DNA of 64,000 bases from Candidatus Harrysmithiimonas galli (GTDB taxonomy: Bacteria; Bacillota; Bacilli; CAJFEE01). The notes under the pieces were generated by a model. The model saw only the letters and a program-made list of their open reading frames with translations. It was not told the DNA's origin and ran no database searches. Positions 32,901 to 44,725 of the stretch are shown one piece after another. Positions within the stretch are counted from its first letter, which is position 1; every line of letters begins with the position of its first letter. Made by a program: the position numbers and the translations under genes. Where the stretch lies: contig CAJFEE010000001.1 of the NCBI GenBank assembly GCA_904373265.1, positions 18,666 to 82,665 of the forward strand, in the 5' to 3' direction.

Positions 32901-34027
32901 CTAAGACCTTCAGCTAAGATATTCTTACTGGCATAGATGTCTCGGTCATAGATGATATGACAAATAAGGCAAGTCCATTTTCAAATGTTGGGAGGTTTCT
33001 TACCATCCTTATACCCACAATTTGAACAAATTTGACTAAAAAGAAACCATAGAGCCACTTTGATGATTTCACGACCCTATCCGTAAACTTTGTATTATCA
33101 TTTTGCAACCAAACTAGACCAAGATTACATCTGAAATACTTCTAGCCAGTTTATGACTATACAACATGCCTTTTATTATGTAAGTCCTCCATACAGACCA
33201 TATCATGGTTTTTGATCTATCTATACTGAACTTAATTAGAAAGTCGATACATTGATTCATTATCTTTTCGTATAATCTAGCAACTTTGCGTTTTTATTTT
33301 TGACAATCTTTGACCTCAAAAAGATGCATTACATTCTTTTTCACAATCCACACACGACAAGACAACTTACATGGTTTGAGTTCTAATTTTTTCCATTTTG
33401 GAAGTGAATTTATGATTGTTTATCTTGCAGCCATCAGAAAAAATAGCAAAGTTGGCAATGTCCAAGTCAAGCCCAATAACAGAGTGCATTTTAGGAAGTT
33501 CGTTCATTTCTTCTCTGAAAAGAATAGATACAAAGAATTTCCCACTTACATAACAAGAAATGGTGGCAGATTTAATGACTCCTTTGAGCTATTTTGATGA
33601 AGTTTAATTTTCACAAATTCTTTTAGCTTAGGAAGTTTCAAAAGTTTATTATCAAATAAAGCAATCACGCCATTCTAATTATTTATTGTATAGCTCTGAA
33701 TAGGATTTTTCTTGCGCTTGAATTTAGGAAATCCAACGGATCTATCACGAAAGAAATTTTTATATGTCTTGTTTAAATTGCGTTGAGCATTGGCTAATGC
33801 TAGAGCATCAACTTTTTTCAAAAAAGGATATGCTTTTTTGTATTGTATGGATGTAGGAAATTTCATTGACTTTGAAGAATCTTGTTTCATTTCTTGATAA
33901 GATTTGATTCAATCATTTAGCATGAGAGTATGAGCCTTACGTACACATCCAAACAACTTAGAGAAGAGTAATGCTTATTCTTTACTTGGATAGATTCTGA
34001 ATTTATATGCCTTTAGCCGTTCTATAA
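32882..34027 (-). pseudogene. tnpB: TnpB RNA-guided nuclease pseudogene
   Basis: KAYKFRIYP..FGCVR, LKKVDALALANAQ..GFPKFK, RuvC-I VIGLDLD, CSNCG...WTCLIC..DRDIYASKNI; many stops, frameshifts and deletions. Confidence 0.9.
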
Positions 34028-34050
34028 AGTCACCTGCTCTCTATTTCTGG

Positions 34051-34254
34051 TTATTTCCTTGATTTTCTATATACTTTTTCACCACTTCAATCGGTAAACT
34101 ACCAATGGTCAAGAAACAAAAACTTCTTGAATCAAACAGCTCTTTTTAAAGTTTCTTTTTCAATTTGTAGAAAGTCTCTCTTAAATACGTCATTATGTAA
34201 GCATTCAGGTGATCATATAATAGTATACTGAATGATTATACGATCTAATTTCAT
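34051..34254 (-). pseudogene. tnpA: Internally deleted Y1 transposase TnpA
   Basis: MKLD..NHSV start and SRSFCFLTIGSLPIEVVKKYIENQGK* end, with the middle missing. Confidence 0.8.
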
Positions 34255-34618
34255 TGATATACTTTTTTGCATTTATAAAACTGATTGCATCACAAGCAAA
34301 ATAAAAAAGGAAAAGCCTTTTGGCTATGCCCAACCAAAATTCATCTCCCATCTACTGCTTGGCTATCACTTTGTACACGCTTCAAGGAAGGAGAATTCTT
34401 TCGGATAGATAAATGTTAAAAATGATATCAAAGCAACTCATAAAAACTTACCCGTTTCAAACCTATTCATTCTCATTTTACTTTTTTTTTTTTAAAATAG
34501 CTATTGAAATCACATCTATATATTAAAATAAAGTATAAAAATTCAAGAATTATACACCTGAATTGTTCGACTTTATGGTAAAATATACTTGTAAAATATG
34601 TTTACAGGAGGAATAATT

Positions 34619-35053
34619 ATGTTAGACCAATACAAAAGAATTCTTGTTGCTGTAGATGGCTCAAAAGAGGCTGAACGTGCTTTTTTCAAAGCGGTTAATG
34701 TTGCAAAACGCAATGAAGCAACACTGATTATTACTCATATCTTAGACATCGGTGCATATACAACTTTTGAAGGTTTTGACAAATCTTTAACCGACCGGGT
34801 TTACAACTATGCGGAGGAACTTTTAAATGATTACGCAGAGAAGGCAAAAGAAGCTGGACTTGAAAAAGTTGAAAAAGTTTTAGAATATGGTTCTCCAAAA
34901 GTGAAAATTGCTAAAGAAATTGCTAAAGAGCAAAACATCGACCTCATCTTATGTGGTGCTACCGGACTCAATGCTGTAGAACGGTTTATTATTGGCAGTG
35001 TATCTGAATACATCATTCGCTATGCACCATGTGATGTACTTGTGGTTCGATAA
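34619..35053 (+). CDS. Universal stress protein (UspA family)
   Basis: YKRILVAVDGS, GSPK..I, DLILCGATGL..ERFIIGSVSE.IIRYAPCDVLVVR. Confidence 0.96.
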   Translation: MLDQYKRILVAVDGSKEAERAFFKAVNVAKRNEATLIITHILDIGAYTTFEGFDKSLTDRVYNYAEELLNDYAEKAKEAGLEKVEKVLEYGSPKVKIAKEIAKEQNIDLILCGATGLNAVERFIIGSVSEYIIRYAPCDVLVVR

Positions 35054-35151
35054 AAAATTCTAACAAAAAACCGAAGAAGTTTGTCTTTTTATGATATTTC
35101 TTTGGTTTTTTATTTTTTTAGATGAATTTTTACCATTTCAAATAAATGAGC

Positions 35152-35220
35152 ATTTCATCCCTACCGTTGGACTACTTGCCCGATATACACTTGAGAAATA
35201 GGAATTCCTTCAGATAAATA
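35152..35220 (-). mobile_element. Orphan degenerate IS605 left end
   Basis: TTTAA|TATTTATCTGAAGGAATTCCTATTTCTCAAGTGTATA...GGTAGGGATGAAAT aligns with the left end at 34340-34415. Confidence 0.6.
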
Positions 35221-35521
35221 TTAAAAATTGAGGCACTCTTAGCGGAAAGGAGCACCCTCCTAAAACTCTATCATTTACTTACAAAGAAATATTAAATAGC
35301 ATAAAATAAGCGCGTAAAAACGTTGGTACACCTAAAAGAATTGCATGAACATGAAAATAGTAGACGCTCACGCCATTCCTTAAGGAAAAGAAGACGTTTT
35401 TACGCACAATTTTTCATTTAAGTCATCTTTTATTCCACTATTCCATCCTATAAAACATTCACTCGAATATGGATAAAATTTATTTTACATGCAGAAGACC
35501 TAACAACCATATCGCCTTTCA

Positions 35522-36721
35522 TTAAGCTTGATTCATCAAGCGAATAACATCCTTAGCAATCATGCCTTCCTCATTTGTAGGAATAATCAATATTTCTATT
35601 TTAGAATCTGGTGCCGAAATGTTTACTTCCTTACCACGACAATTGTTCTTCTCTTTATCATAAGAGATGCCAAAAAATTCCAAACCGTTTAAAATTCTCT
35701 CACGTACGTCCACACTATTTTCACCAATTCCAGCTGTAAATATCAGGACATCCACACCACTCATTGTTGCCACATATGCACCAATAAATTGCTTAATTCT
35801 CATAATGAATACGTTTAATGCGGTTTCTGCGCATTCTGATTTATCACCATGCGCTTCAATTGCTTCTTCAATATCGCGGAAATCACTAGAAAATCCAGTT
35901 AACCCTAGTACACCAGATTCTTTATTGAGCACATCCATTATTTCATTAATATCTTTTCCAGTCTTTTCCATTAAATATGGAATAATTGCTGGATCAATAT
36001 TTCCGCAGCGTGTACCCATTGTTAATCCAGCAAGTGGTGTAAATCCCATCGTTGTATCGAATGATTTTCCATCTTTTATCGCTGTAATGGATGCACCGTT
36101 TCCTAAGTGACAAGAAATAATTTTTAAATCCTCTATAGGTTTCCCAAGTATTTCTGCTGCACGATGCGAAACATAATTATGAGATGTGCCATGAAAACCA
36201 TACTTGCGCACACTGTATTTCTCATAATATTCCTTAGGTACACCATACATATAGTTTTCTTTTGGCATACTTGCATGAAAAGCTGTATCAAATACCGCAA
36301 CTTGTGGAACATTTGGTAAAATCTCTTGAAATGCACGAATTCCAATTAAATTTGCTGGATTATGTAAAGGAGCTAAATCATTTAAAGATTCAATCTGTTC
36401 CAATACCTGATCTGTAATTAACACAGAATCAGAAAAAATTTCTCCACCATGTACGACCCGATGACCAACACCATCAATTTCATTAAAGCTTGCAATGATT
36501 TTATGTTCAACCAATGCATTCAATAAATCCTTAACAGCAATACTATGATTCGGAATATCTTTTACAGTTTTTACTTCCTCACCATTTACCGAAATTTTAA
36601 AAATACTATCATTTAATCCAATTCTTTCAACTAATCCCTTTGTAATTACTTTTTCTGCTGGCATTTCAAGCAACTGAAATTTCAATGAAGATGAACCTGC
36701 ATTGATCGCCATAATTTTCAT
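35522..36721 (-). CDS. ackA: Acetate kinase
   Basis: [49 protein letters not shown]. Confidence 0.99.
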   Translation of the reverse strand: MKIMAINAGSSSLKFQLLEMPAEKVITKGLVERIGLNDSIFKISVNGEEVKTVKDIPNHSIAVKDLLNALVEHKIIASFNEIDGVGHRVVHGGEIFSDSVLITDQVLEQIESLNDLAPLHNPANLIGIRAFQEILPNVPQVAVFDTAFHASMPKENYMYGVPKEYYEKYSVRKYGFHGTSHNYVSHRAAEILGKPIEDLKIISCHLGNGASITAIKDGKSFDTTMGFTPLAGLTMGTRCGNIDPAIIPYLMEKTGKDINEIMDVLNKESGVLGLTGFSSDFRDIEEAIEAHGDKSECAETALNVFIMRIKQFIGAYVATMSGVDVLIFTAGIGENSVDVRERILNGLEFFGISYDKEKNNCRGKEVNISAPDSKIEILIIPTNEEGMIAKDVIRLMNQA

Positions 36722-36722
36722 T

Positions 36723-37715
36723 TTACATTCCCCCATCTGTGTTTAAAATTAATTGTTCTTTAAACCATTGATTCATCTGAATCAAAATATTTTGAAAACC
36801 TTCTTCATTTTGAAAAGAAGGTATTTGAACCATCATAATTTGTTCAACTGGATAAATTCCTTCACCTTTTTTTCGCAAGATAAAAATGCTTTTTCTTTCC
36901 TGTGTTTTTTGAAATAATTCATTTGGAAGCTCCAACAAACCATAAATATAGGCTTGGGATAAAATTAATTGATGTACAGCTTTTGTCTTGTCTCTTTCAA
37001 ATAAATGATTCGGAATTAACAAAAACAAGTAACCACCCTCTTGTACATGGGACAACATCTTTTCAAGATATAATTCGTGACTGTAAGCCAATGTCTTTGT
37101 TCGGTTTAGCTGGTAAGCTTTACTGATTTCCTTATTCGGATAATATCCGACTGGCAAATCACAAACCATTATATGAACAACTGGGAGCTGTATCGCCAAA
37201 TAGTCTCCGAAAATAAATTCAATGGACCTTTTTTGCAGCTCCGAATTGACAGCAGCATAAGATAAAATGCTTTTTTGTGCATCTATTCCGTAAATATCTA
37301 TGTATTCCGATTCATTTAGCTCATTTAAAACAGCTGTCAGTAGATTGGCTGTTCCTACAGCTGGATCCATGATCGAAACAATTTTACCACCTGTAAATCG
37401 CTTCATGAGATACGCAATAAAAACACATATAACATCTGGCGTAAGCTCTAAATCTCTACCAGATGCTTCCTGCACTCGAAGCAATATATATTGCCAAATC
37501 CGACGTTTATCTTCATTGGACAAAGCATTCTGAGAAAAAAAACGGTCTACAGCATTGTAAAAAGAAATACTGTTTTCATCTGCTACCTCATTTACTTGAA
37601 ATGAATGCACCCACAAATCAACTAAATTCAAAAAAGAGGTTTGTGTTACTTTTTCATATTCTGAAAAAATTGCGAATAATTCCTCTAACTTTTCCAGCAA
37701 CTGTTCTTGCTGCAC
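36723..37715 (-). CDS. ytxK: Class I SAM-dependent methyltransferase (YtxK-like)
   Basis: [21 protein letters not shown] motifs; conserved position upstream of ackA. Confidence 0.88.
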   Translation of the reverse strand: MQQEQLLEKLEELFAIFSEYEKVTQTSFLNLVDLWVHSFQVNEVADENSISFYNAVDRFFSQNALSNEDKRRIWQYILLRVQEASGRDLELTPDVICVFIAYLMKRFTGGKIVSIMDPAVGTANLLTAVLNELNESEYIDIYGIDAQKSILSYAAVNSELQKRSIEFIFGDYLAIQLPVVHIMVCDLPVGYYPNKEISKAYQLNRTKTLAYSHELYLEKMLSHVQEGGYLFLLIPNHLFERDKTKAVHQLILSQAYIYGLLELPNELFQKTQERKSIFILRKKGEGIYPVEQIMMVQIPSFQNEEGFQNILIQMNQWFKEQLILNTDGGM

Positions 37716-37832
37716 AATCTTTCACCTCATAAAATTAACTAAAAACAATTGTAACACAAAACAGCCCAAGATAAACCCTGGGCTGCATAAATTTTCTTAT
37801 ATTTTTTGTACAATAATCACATAACATATTTT

Positions 37833-38255
37833 TTATAGCGACTTGCCATGCGTAAATTCAAAGGTTTCGCCTTTTTTCTTTTGAAATAAACTTTGAATTT
37901 TTTCAACAGCTTGTGGCGCAAGCTCCAATAACCGTTCATAAATATGTGTTTCTTTGTCCATATGCAAAAGCTTTACACCAGACTGATTGACAACTAAAAA
38001 GGCAATGGGCTGGATTGAAACACCTCCACCGCTGCCTCCGCCAAAACTTTTGGGTTGAATACTTTCAGAAGCTGGAGATGACTTTAAACTCAGATCACTT
38101 CCTCCAGCCGCAAAACCAAATCCAACTTTAGAAACCGTTAAAATTACACCTCCATCTGGTGTATGAATTGGGTCACCAATAATTGTATTGACATCAATCA
38201 TCTCTCCAAGATTCTCTAAAGCGGTCTTCATTAATCCTTGTATCGGATGCTCCAT
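37833..38255 (-). CDS. ytfJ: Sporulation/germination protein YtfJ (GerW)
   Basis: MEHPIQGLM..VNTIIGDPI..SKVGFGFAAGGS..FGGGSGGGVSI.PIAFLVV. Confidence 0.95.
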   Translation of the reverse strand: MEHPIQGLMKTALENLGEMIDVNTIIGDPIHTPDGGVILTVSKVGFGFAAGGSDLSLKSSPASESIQPKSFGGGSGGGVSIQPIAFLVVNQSGVKLLHMDKETHIYERLLELAPQAVEKIQSLFQKKKGETFEFTHGKSL

Positions 38256-38844
38256 TTTGATAACCTCCTGTTTTTGACATAATGACTTGCCTATATAACA
38301 TTTTAAAAAAGAAGAAGGCACTACGAATAGCATAACCGACACGAATTTGAAGCATACAGGAAAATGTCATATGGAAATGTTTTTGTGTAAAAAAAGGGAC
38401 TGTGACAATTTCTGGATCAGTCGCCATTTTTACATACTCGGTTAAAACTGCTGTAAAAAAGTATTGAATCGCTGAAAATAATCCATAAAGCTTTGCTGTT
38501 TCATCCGCCGCACCACTGCCGATTTGTGTATGCCAATAAAACTTTGTACATGTAATACCAGATAAGAAATAAGGCAAAAAATGTCGAAATACAACAGAAA
38601 AATCTTCCTTTGTTTGTTTGATTTCTTTTACTTTTTGTGAAACCATTGATGCATGAATTTTTTGTTTGATCATTTTTCTTGGAAAAATTTTGATCCGAAT
38701 ACCAAATGGAAAAAGACAATAAATGTTACAGCTGATTTTCTCAGCATAAATATTGATATAAATTTTGATTCGAATTCTCATCCATAAAAAAAGAAGGAAT
38801 AGCATCGCACAAAATAAAATGATAAACACCATTATTACTGCCAT
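38194..38844 (-). CDS. ytfI: DUF2953 protein YtfI
   Basis: N-terminal TM, W.TQIG...A..TA..YG, P.F motifs; adjacent to ytfJ. Confidence 0.8.
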   Translation of the reverse strand: MAVIMVFIILFCAMLFLLFLWMRIRIKIYINIYAEKISCNIYCLFPFGIRIKIFPRKMIKQKIHASMVSQKVKEIKQTKEDFSVVFRHFLPYFLSGITCTKFYWHTQIGSGAADETAKLYGLFSAIQYFFTAVLTEYVKMATDPEIVTVPFFTQKHFHMTFSCMLQIRVGYAIRSAFFFFKMLYRQVIMSKTGGYQNGASDTRINEDRFRESWRDD

Positions 38845-39392
38845 CCCTTCTTTTTATCCTTAATGTACACTACTCTATTGTTTTTATACCCCCTTTTTTT
38901 AGAATAAAATATTGTAATTTTATAAATAAAATTAATAAAACATATTAGAAAAAATAATTTCAAAAATAAAGAAGTTTTTGTGATGTGATTTTCGTAAATC
39001 TCAAATGATATAAAAAATCGATGGGATTTATATAAGAGCGCCAAACAGCTTCGTAAAGATTTTTATTTTTCATCTCAGACCAACTCATATTTAAAAAAAC
39101 AAGATAAGCACGATAGATCAAAATAATCTAAATGAAGCCTCCGATTCAATACTATATAACACAAAATTCAAACCAAAAAATCCAAACGAATTCATAGTTA
39201 CTAAATTTTATAAAACCAAAAAATGCCACAAGCGTGCATTTCAAACAAGAATTATGATATGCTAATATCAATCCTCTTAACACATATAAAGAAAGACAAT
39301 CGCATTCGATTGCCTTTCTTATAAAATACTATACATCCACCATTCCATAAAGAAATGACGGTATCTGATTGCAACTTGCTAAAAAATATCAA

Positions 39393-39608
39393 TTATTGTT
39401 GAGAACCACTTGTTCCGCTCAATTGCTGTTGCGCCATTTTTACTAAACGTTTTGTAATTTCCCCACCGACAGAACCGTTGGCACGAGAAGTTGTATCCGC
39501 TCCAAGATTCACACCGAACTCAGAAGCGATCTCATATTTCATTTGATCTAGAGCAGCCTGTGCACCAGGTACAACTAAGTTGTTGCTATTACTACTGTTT
39601 TGTGACAT
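39393..39608 (-). CDS. sspA: Alpha/beta-type small acid-soluble spore protein
   Basis: [42 protein letters not shown]; position next to thiI. Confidence 0.96.
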   Translation of the reverse strand: MSQNSSNSNNLVVPGAQAALDQMKYEIASEFGVNLGADTTSRANGSVGGEITKRLVKMAQQQLSGTSGSQQ

Positions 39609-39688
39609 GTCTTTCACCTCCTGACACCATTAAATTGTGCCTTTCTTACATACTTTAATCATGGTAGTTTTTAGAAGGTGAAGGAAAT

Positions 39689-40903
39689 TTATAACAGATT
39701 ATCTAGTCCGTTTACATTTGTTGATTCATTTTGCTTAAAAGTCAAAGTTTCAATGCCCTGCACAGCTTGGTGTAACAAAGGTTTAAAATCAAATTTGCTT
39801 TCAAACCAGGCACATTTCTCTCGTTTCGGTCGTGTTGTTGGATGATCAGGCAAAAAAATGGTACAGCAATCTTCATAGGGTCGAATCGATGTTTCATATG
39901 TTCCAATTTTTATGGAAAGATCAATAATTTCAAGCTTATCCATCGCAATGACCGGACGCAGCACTGGAAGATCAGTTACTTCGTTAATAACATACATAGA
40001 GTCAACCGTTTGTGACGCAACCTGTCCTAGACTCTCACCTGTTGACAGTACAAGTGCTTTTCTCTTTCGTGCAAATTCCGTTGCAATCCGCAGCATCATT
40101 CGACGCATAATGGTCATTGTATAGTTGGCAGGAATTTCCTTGTGAATTGCTTTTTGTATTTCTGTAAATGGAACCAAATGCAGTTTCATTTGCCGATTAT
40201 ACTTGGTTAAAATTTTAACCAAATCAATCACCTTCTCTTTTGCTCGTTCGGATGTAAACGGCGGACTATGAAAATGAATACACTCTACATTTACACCTCG
40301 CTTCATCATCAAATAAGCAGCGACAGGACTATCGATTCCACCTGATAAAAGCAGCAAAGACTTACCTCCAACACCGACTGGATATCCTCCCAATCCATTT
40401 CGTTGTTGACACATCACATAGGTAAAATCTGGACGAACCTCAACTTTAATATTTACATTTGGATTTTTTACATCAACCTGTAGCGCACCGTCCAATTGAA
40501 TGAGAACATGTGCACCAAGTTGTTGCTGCAGTGCAAATGTATCCAACGGGAATTCTTTATAAGCACGATGAACTGAGATTTTGAATGTTTTTTTTCCGTT
40601 TTTCAGCGCTTCCTTGGCAGCCTCTAGTACATGCTCCTTCATGGATTGTAGATCAGTCACAGTACGCACTGCCAAATCAAATTTATGAATACCAAATACC
40701 TCTTCCAATGCATTCATCACATCTGTCTGATTTTCTCCGTTTAAAAAAATATACATACGATCACGTGTTGATTCATATTTTAAATGAGAAAATTTTTTCA
40801 ACTTAACAGAGATATTTTCTCGCAAAAATGTAATAAATTTTTTTCTGTTTTTTCCTTTTGTTGTCAATTCACCATAACGAATTAAAATCAAATCATATTT
40901 CAT
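39689..40903 (-). CDS. thiI: tRNA 4-thiouridine synthase ThiI
   Basis: IRYGEL..KGKNR, THUMP domain, LLSGGIDSPV, GESLGQVASQT, EDCC. Confidence 0.98.
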   Translation of the reverse strand: MKYDLILIRYGELTTKGKNRKKFITFLRENISVKLKKFSHLKYESTRDRMYIFLNGENQTDVMNALEEVFGIHKFDLAVRTVTDLQSMKEHVLEAAKEALKNGKKTFKISVHRAYKEFPLDTFALQQQLGAHVLIQLDGALQVDVKNPNVNIKVEVRPDFTYVMCQQRNGLGGYPVGVGGKSLLLLSGGIDSPVAAYLMMKRGVNVECIHFHSPPFTSERAKEKVIDLVKILTKYNRQMKLHLVPFTEIQKAIHKEIPANYTMTIMRRMMLRIATEFARKRKALVLSTGESLGQVASQTVDSMYVINEVTDLPVLRPVIAMDKLEIIDLSIKIGTYETSIRPYEDCCTIFLPDHPTTRPKREKCAWFESKFDFKPLLHQAVQGIETLTFKQNESTNVNGLDNLL

Positions 40904-40908
40904 TTTTG

Positions 40909-42051
40909 TTACCTCATCATATCTTGAATTTGTTGAACAATATTTGGAAATACCTGCATCACTTGCTGAGCTTGTACTTCTGTATTTTCCGAAGAAAAAC
41001 TAAACCGTAAACTAGTACGCGCTTCATTCTCTGATCTACCCATCGCCAATAAAACATGAGATGCATGATTTTCTTTAGTAGAACAGGCGGAACGGGAAGA
41101 AATATAAATTTCATGTTTACTTAATTCCTGAATCAGCACCTCTGGCTTAATATCAGAAATCGAAAGATTTAAAATATGCGGCGCAGCATATTGAAGCGGC
41201 GTGTGGATTGTTACATCTTTTATTTGCAACATTTCTTTTCTAAGATAATCCTGAATTCCCTTTATCTGTACTCTTTTATTTTCCACATCTTCCAATGCCA
41301 AACGAAGTGCCTTAGCAAATGCCGCAATTCCTGGTAAATTTTCCGTACCTGCACGCAATCGCATTTGCTGTCCTCCGCCTATTATTAATGGAGACAAACG
41401 AATCCCATTTCGTACATAGAGCAAACCAACCCCCTTTACACAATGAAATTTATGTCCAGATAAAGCATATAAATCAATTCCGCAATCATGTAAATTCAAA
41501 GGAACTTTTCCGATTCCCTGCACACCATCCACATGAAAAATAACAGTCGGATAAGCTTGCAAAAATGCACCAATTTCATGTATTGGCTGAATGGTTCCAA
41601 CTTCATTATTTACATGCTGGATGGAAACCAGGATGGTTTGATCTGTCAGAGCAGCCTTTAAATCATCTAAACAAATACGCCCCTGATGATCTACAGGCAA
41701 ATAAGTAATATGAAATCCTTGTGTTTCCAATTGCTTACACACTTGTAAAACGGAAGAATGTTCTGTGCAAGTGGTGATGATATGATTCCCTCTATTTTGA
41801 TATTGATAAGCCACACCTTTAATGGCCATATTATTACTTTCAGTTGCACCCGAGGTAAAAACAATTTCTTTTGGCTGGATTTGTAAAAGCTGTGCCACTT
41901 GCTGTGTCGATTTGCGTAAAAGCGCTTCAGCCTGTTGTCCCAATGTATGAAGAGAAGAAGGATTACCAAAAAAACGCTGAGAAACCGTTACATAGGTATT
42001 TAGAACCGATTCATTTGGAGCAGTTGTCGCACTTTGATCAAAATATATCAC
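40909..42051 (-). CDS. iscS: Cysteine desulfurase (IscS/NifZ type)
   Basis: YFDQSATT, GNPSSLH, FTSGATESNN, SGHKF, RAGTEN, SACS. Confidence 0.96.
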   Translation of the reverse strand: MIYFDQSATTAPNESVLNTYVTVSQRFFGNPSSLHTLGQQAEALLRKSTQQVAQLLQIQPKEIVFTSGATESNNMAIKGVAYQYQNRGNHIITTCTEHSSVLQVCKQLETQGFHITYLPVDHQGRICLDDLKAALTDQTILVSIQHVNNEVGTIQPIHEIGAFLQAYPTVIFHVDGVQGIGKVPLNLHDCGIDLYALSGHKFHCVKGVGLLYVRNGIRLSPLIIGGGQQMRLRAGTENLPGIAAFAKALRLALEDVENKRVQIKGIQDYLRKEMLQIKDVTIHTPLQYAAPHILNLSISDIKPEVLIQELSKHEIYISSRSACSTKENHASHVLLAMGRSENEARTSLRFSFSSENTEVQAQQVMQVFPNIVQQIQDMMR

Positions 42052-42532
42052 GAAATTTCCTCCTTAAACAAATAAAATCAAGTTGTGCTAGATGATCATG
42101 ATACAATAAATCCTTTATGATAAAACCAAGCATAAAATACAATTGACTTGTTCAAAAAATCTTCTATACATTTCTATATATTTATACAAAAAGCTTATAT
42201 ATTCAATTTGCTATTTTATTTTTCACTTAACTGCCACTAAAAATAACCATCTAAAATTTCGTTTATACATATTTAGCGCTCAAAATAAAGCAACTAAACA
42301 ATCAACAAGAAAATCATCTATCACTTTTTATCTCAAATTTCTGATCATATTACATAGATATAAACCCATACATCCTATAAAAAAATATTCATGCATTTTC
42401 TCCCAATCCTGTGCATATATCTTTACATGTAGAAATATCTTGTTTACAAAACAAACTCCATCTACATAAGCATGGTCATAAGCTTTTCTTATGCACACAA
42501 CAAACTTATGCGACGGAGCAGTAAAAAATATT

Positions 42533-44305
42533 TTATTCTGAAATGGGAGTCTCCACTTTATGAATGTCTGAATCAAGATTGGCTGTTTTTACAACATCCT
42601 CAACAACGATGCTTTGCTTAATTTTTCCAATTGCTTCTGGCTCTAATCGTCTTAACAAATTTTCAACCAATTCACGAGCTTTGACATAATGATAAGCACG
42701 AAATGCAACTTCTGCTTGAAATAAAACTTCATGAATATCTGGCTGTTGCGAGCGATACCGATTACAATACTGCAACATTTTTTCCGCAAACATTCCTTCA
42801 TAAATCAGATTTACAGCATAATCATTCAAATTTAAGACTGCAGTTTTTGCATTATACAAACAACCCGTTACCTCTCCAAGATTGAGAGGATTTCTCCCCA
42901 AAGCCTCATGCATCGCCTGAATTTGTATTTTAGAATTTCGAAGTAACTGAACAAATTCTTCAGGAAATCCTGGTAAATTGGAACACTCCACAAGCCGCTT
43001 CGTTTCAAACATGACTTTTTCAATCTTTTGAATCTCATTTCTGGCATGTATCTCTTCTTTACGAATGTCTTGAATATTTTTTAAATAAAGCTCATATTGT
43101 TCTTTCGTTTCCTCATACTGCGTCTTTAGCAAATTCAAATCATTTTGCAATACAGTATATGCTACATTTTTCTCACCAAATCGATCGACCAAAACATCCA
43201 ATCGTTTTTTAAATAAACGTGCCTGCTTTTCAATTTGTTTTAGCATATCAACATCTGTTGACTGCAAATGATAACTTTGAAGTGCAATGGCAACTTCTTC
43301 ATTTGCCTTTTCTGTCTCATTTACAAAACGCTGAAGCTCTGTAAAAAATTCTGCACTTTCCTTTCTTAAGTAAACACGTGCTTCCTTCTCTTTTTCAAAT
43401 GCAGTAAAGATTTGTTCAATTTTCTTACGAATATCTTGAATCAGGTTCTCTGCCTTTTCATGTTCAGCTTGATTTAAATATTCACCAAGTGTTTCAATCT
43501 TTTTCTCCAATTTTAAATATTCTTTTTCAAATTCAATATGCTCAATCGAATATTCTTCTGTTAATAAGTGATGATAGGTCCGATGCAATTCCTGCATCAA
43601 AGTTGGCAAATTGGTATATGTTTCTGTCATTTGCACAGGTAAAATTTGAATCGCCAATTCCACATCTTTAAAAATCTTCTCAACCTTTAATACCACTTCT
43701 CGTGCTGTTAAATAATTTCCTTGCGCCGTTACCTCATAAAATTCTGTAATTAGCTGCTGCCCTTCTTTTAATTTTCTTTGTAAAACTTTTTCCGCCTCAC
43801 CATATGTAAAAGAATTAGAAATAATTTGTCGATACAAATTTTGATGCTTTTGCTCCAGTTTTACAATCTCTTCTTGATTTTTTTCCTCTGATCCAATTAA
43901 TTCATTTACTTCAGAAACAATTTTGGCAATCTCACTTTCAACAACTTGTCTTCTTTCATCAATTATCGTTAGCAATTTTTTCGCCTTAAAAAAACGAAAG
44001 GTAGAAGCAAATTCCTCAGCATCAAATGAAAGATGCAGAATCTTCTCAACCTCTTCAGTTGTAATCTTTTCCCAACTGTTACGCCACTCTTCAAATAAAA
44101 CTTCAGTTTCTCCATTCATATTTAAAGATTTTACTTTTGAAATTTCATTTTGGATGTTGCGATTTTCAAGTTCATTCTTCCACAATTCAATTTGATCAAC
44201 CTTTTTATAAAAACGGCTGCGAAAAAATAAAGATAAACCTACCGCAACAAATACAAGAATACAAATCGCAAAAAATATATACATAAAACTGCCCAAATGA
44301 TCCAC
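42533..44305 (-). CDS. ezrA: Septation ring formation regulator EzrA
   Basis: N-terminal TM, coiled coils, L.M.GET...FE.WR..W, NLPG.P, QYCNRYR (QNR patch). Confidence 0.93.
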   Translation of the reverse strand: MDHLGSFMYIFFAICILVFVAVGLSLFFRSRFYKKVDQIELWKNELENRNIQNEISKVKSLNMNGETEVLFEEWRNSWEKITTEEVEKILHLSFDAEEFASTFRFFKAKKLLTIIDERRQVVESEIAKIVSEVNELIGSEEKNQEEIVKLEQKHQNLYRQIISNSFTYGEAEKVLQRKLKEGQQLITEFYEVTAQGNYLTAREVVLKVEKIFKDVELAIQILPVQMTETYTNLPTLMQELHRTYHHLLTEEYSIEHIEFEKEYLKLEKKIETLGEYLNQAEHEKAENLIQDIRKKIEQIFTAFEKEKEARVYLRKESAEFFTELQRFVNETEKANEEVAIALQSYHLQSTDVDMLKQIEKQARLFKKRLDVLVDRFGEKNVAYTVLQNDLNLLKTQYEETKEQYELYLKNIQDIRKEEIHARNEIQKIEKVMFETKRLVECSNLPGFPEEFVQLLRNSKIQIQAMHEALGRNPLNLGEVTGCLYNAKTAVLNLNDYAVNLIYEGMFAEKMLQYCNRYRSQQPDIHEVLFQAEVAFRAYHYVKARELVENLLRRLEPEAIGKIKQSIVVEDVVKTANLDSDIHKVETPISE

Positions 44306-44725
44306 CTCAAAATACTTTTTTGTCTATTCATTTTTTAGTATAAGCATTGTATATTTATCTAGCTGCTCATTGCCACCTAGCAACTAGGAGGTCTGCTTTA
44401 AATATTTTACCTAGAAACTCACAGCTATTTTTCATTCACGAAAAAACAGTAAGGCAAGCCACCTTATCATTTAACCAAGTTTATGTTTTACAAAATTTAA
44501 AAACAGAAGGCAAGAAAGATTCAACAAATTTCGCATAAAACTGCTGTTTCTCTCATTGCCACAGCATAAAAACTCATACATTTTTACAGCATAATATAAA
44601 TAACAAATATAATATAATAATATAACACGAAATGATAAAACATGGGCAAATTTTTATACAAAAAAATATAAACTTATCCTAATTCTATACACGATAGAAT
44701 ACATTCATTAAAAATCCATTTGATT

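Larger units (their letters stand above)
32727..34415 (-). mobile_element. Decayed IS200/IS605-family element (tnpA + tnpB)
   Basis: Right end ...GTGGTGAGTAGTTCAC (32727). Left end CATTTATCTATCCGAAAGAATTCTCC.. immediately 3' of TTTAA (34416-34420 on the minus strand). tnpA and tnpB relics lie between the ends. Confidence 0.9.

Noticed and set aside
36723-37715. ytxK as part of a restriction-modification system
   Set aside because: Conserved housekeeping neighbour of ackA with no cognate nuclease nearby.
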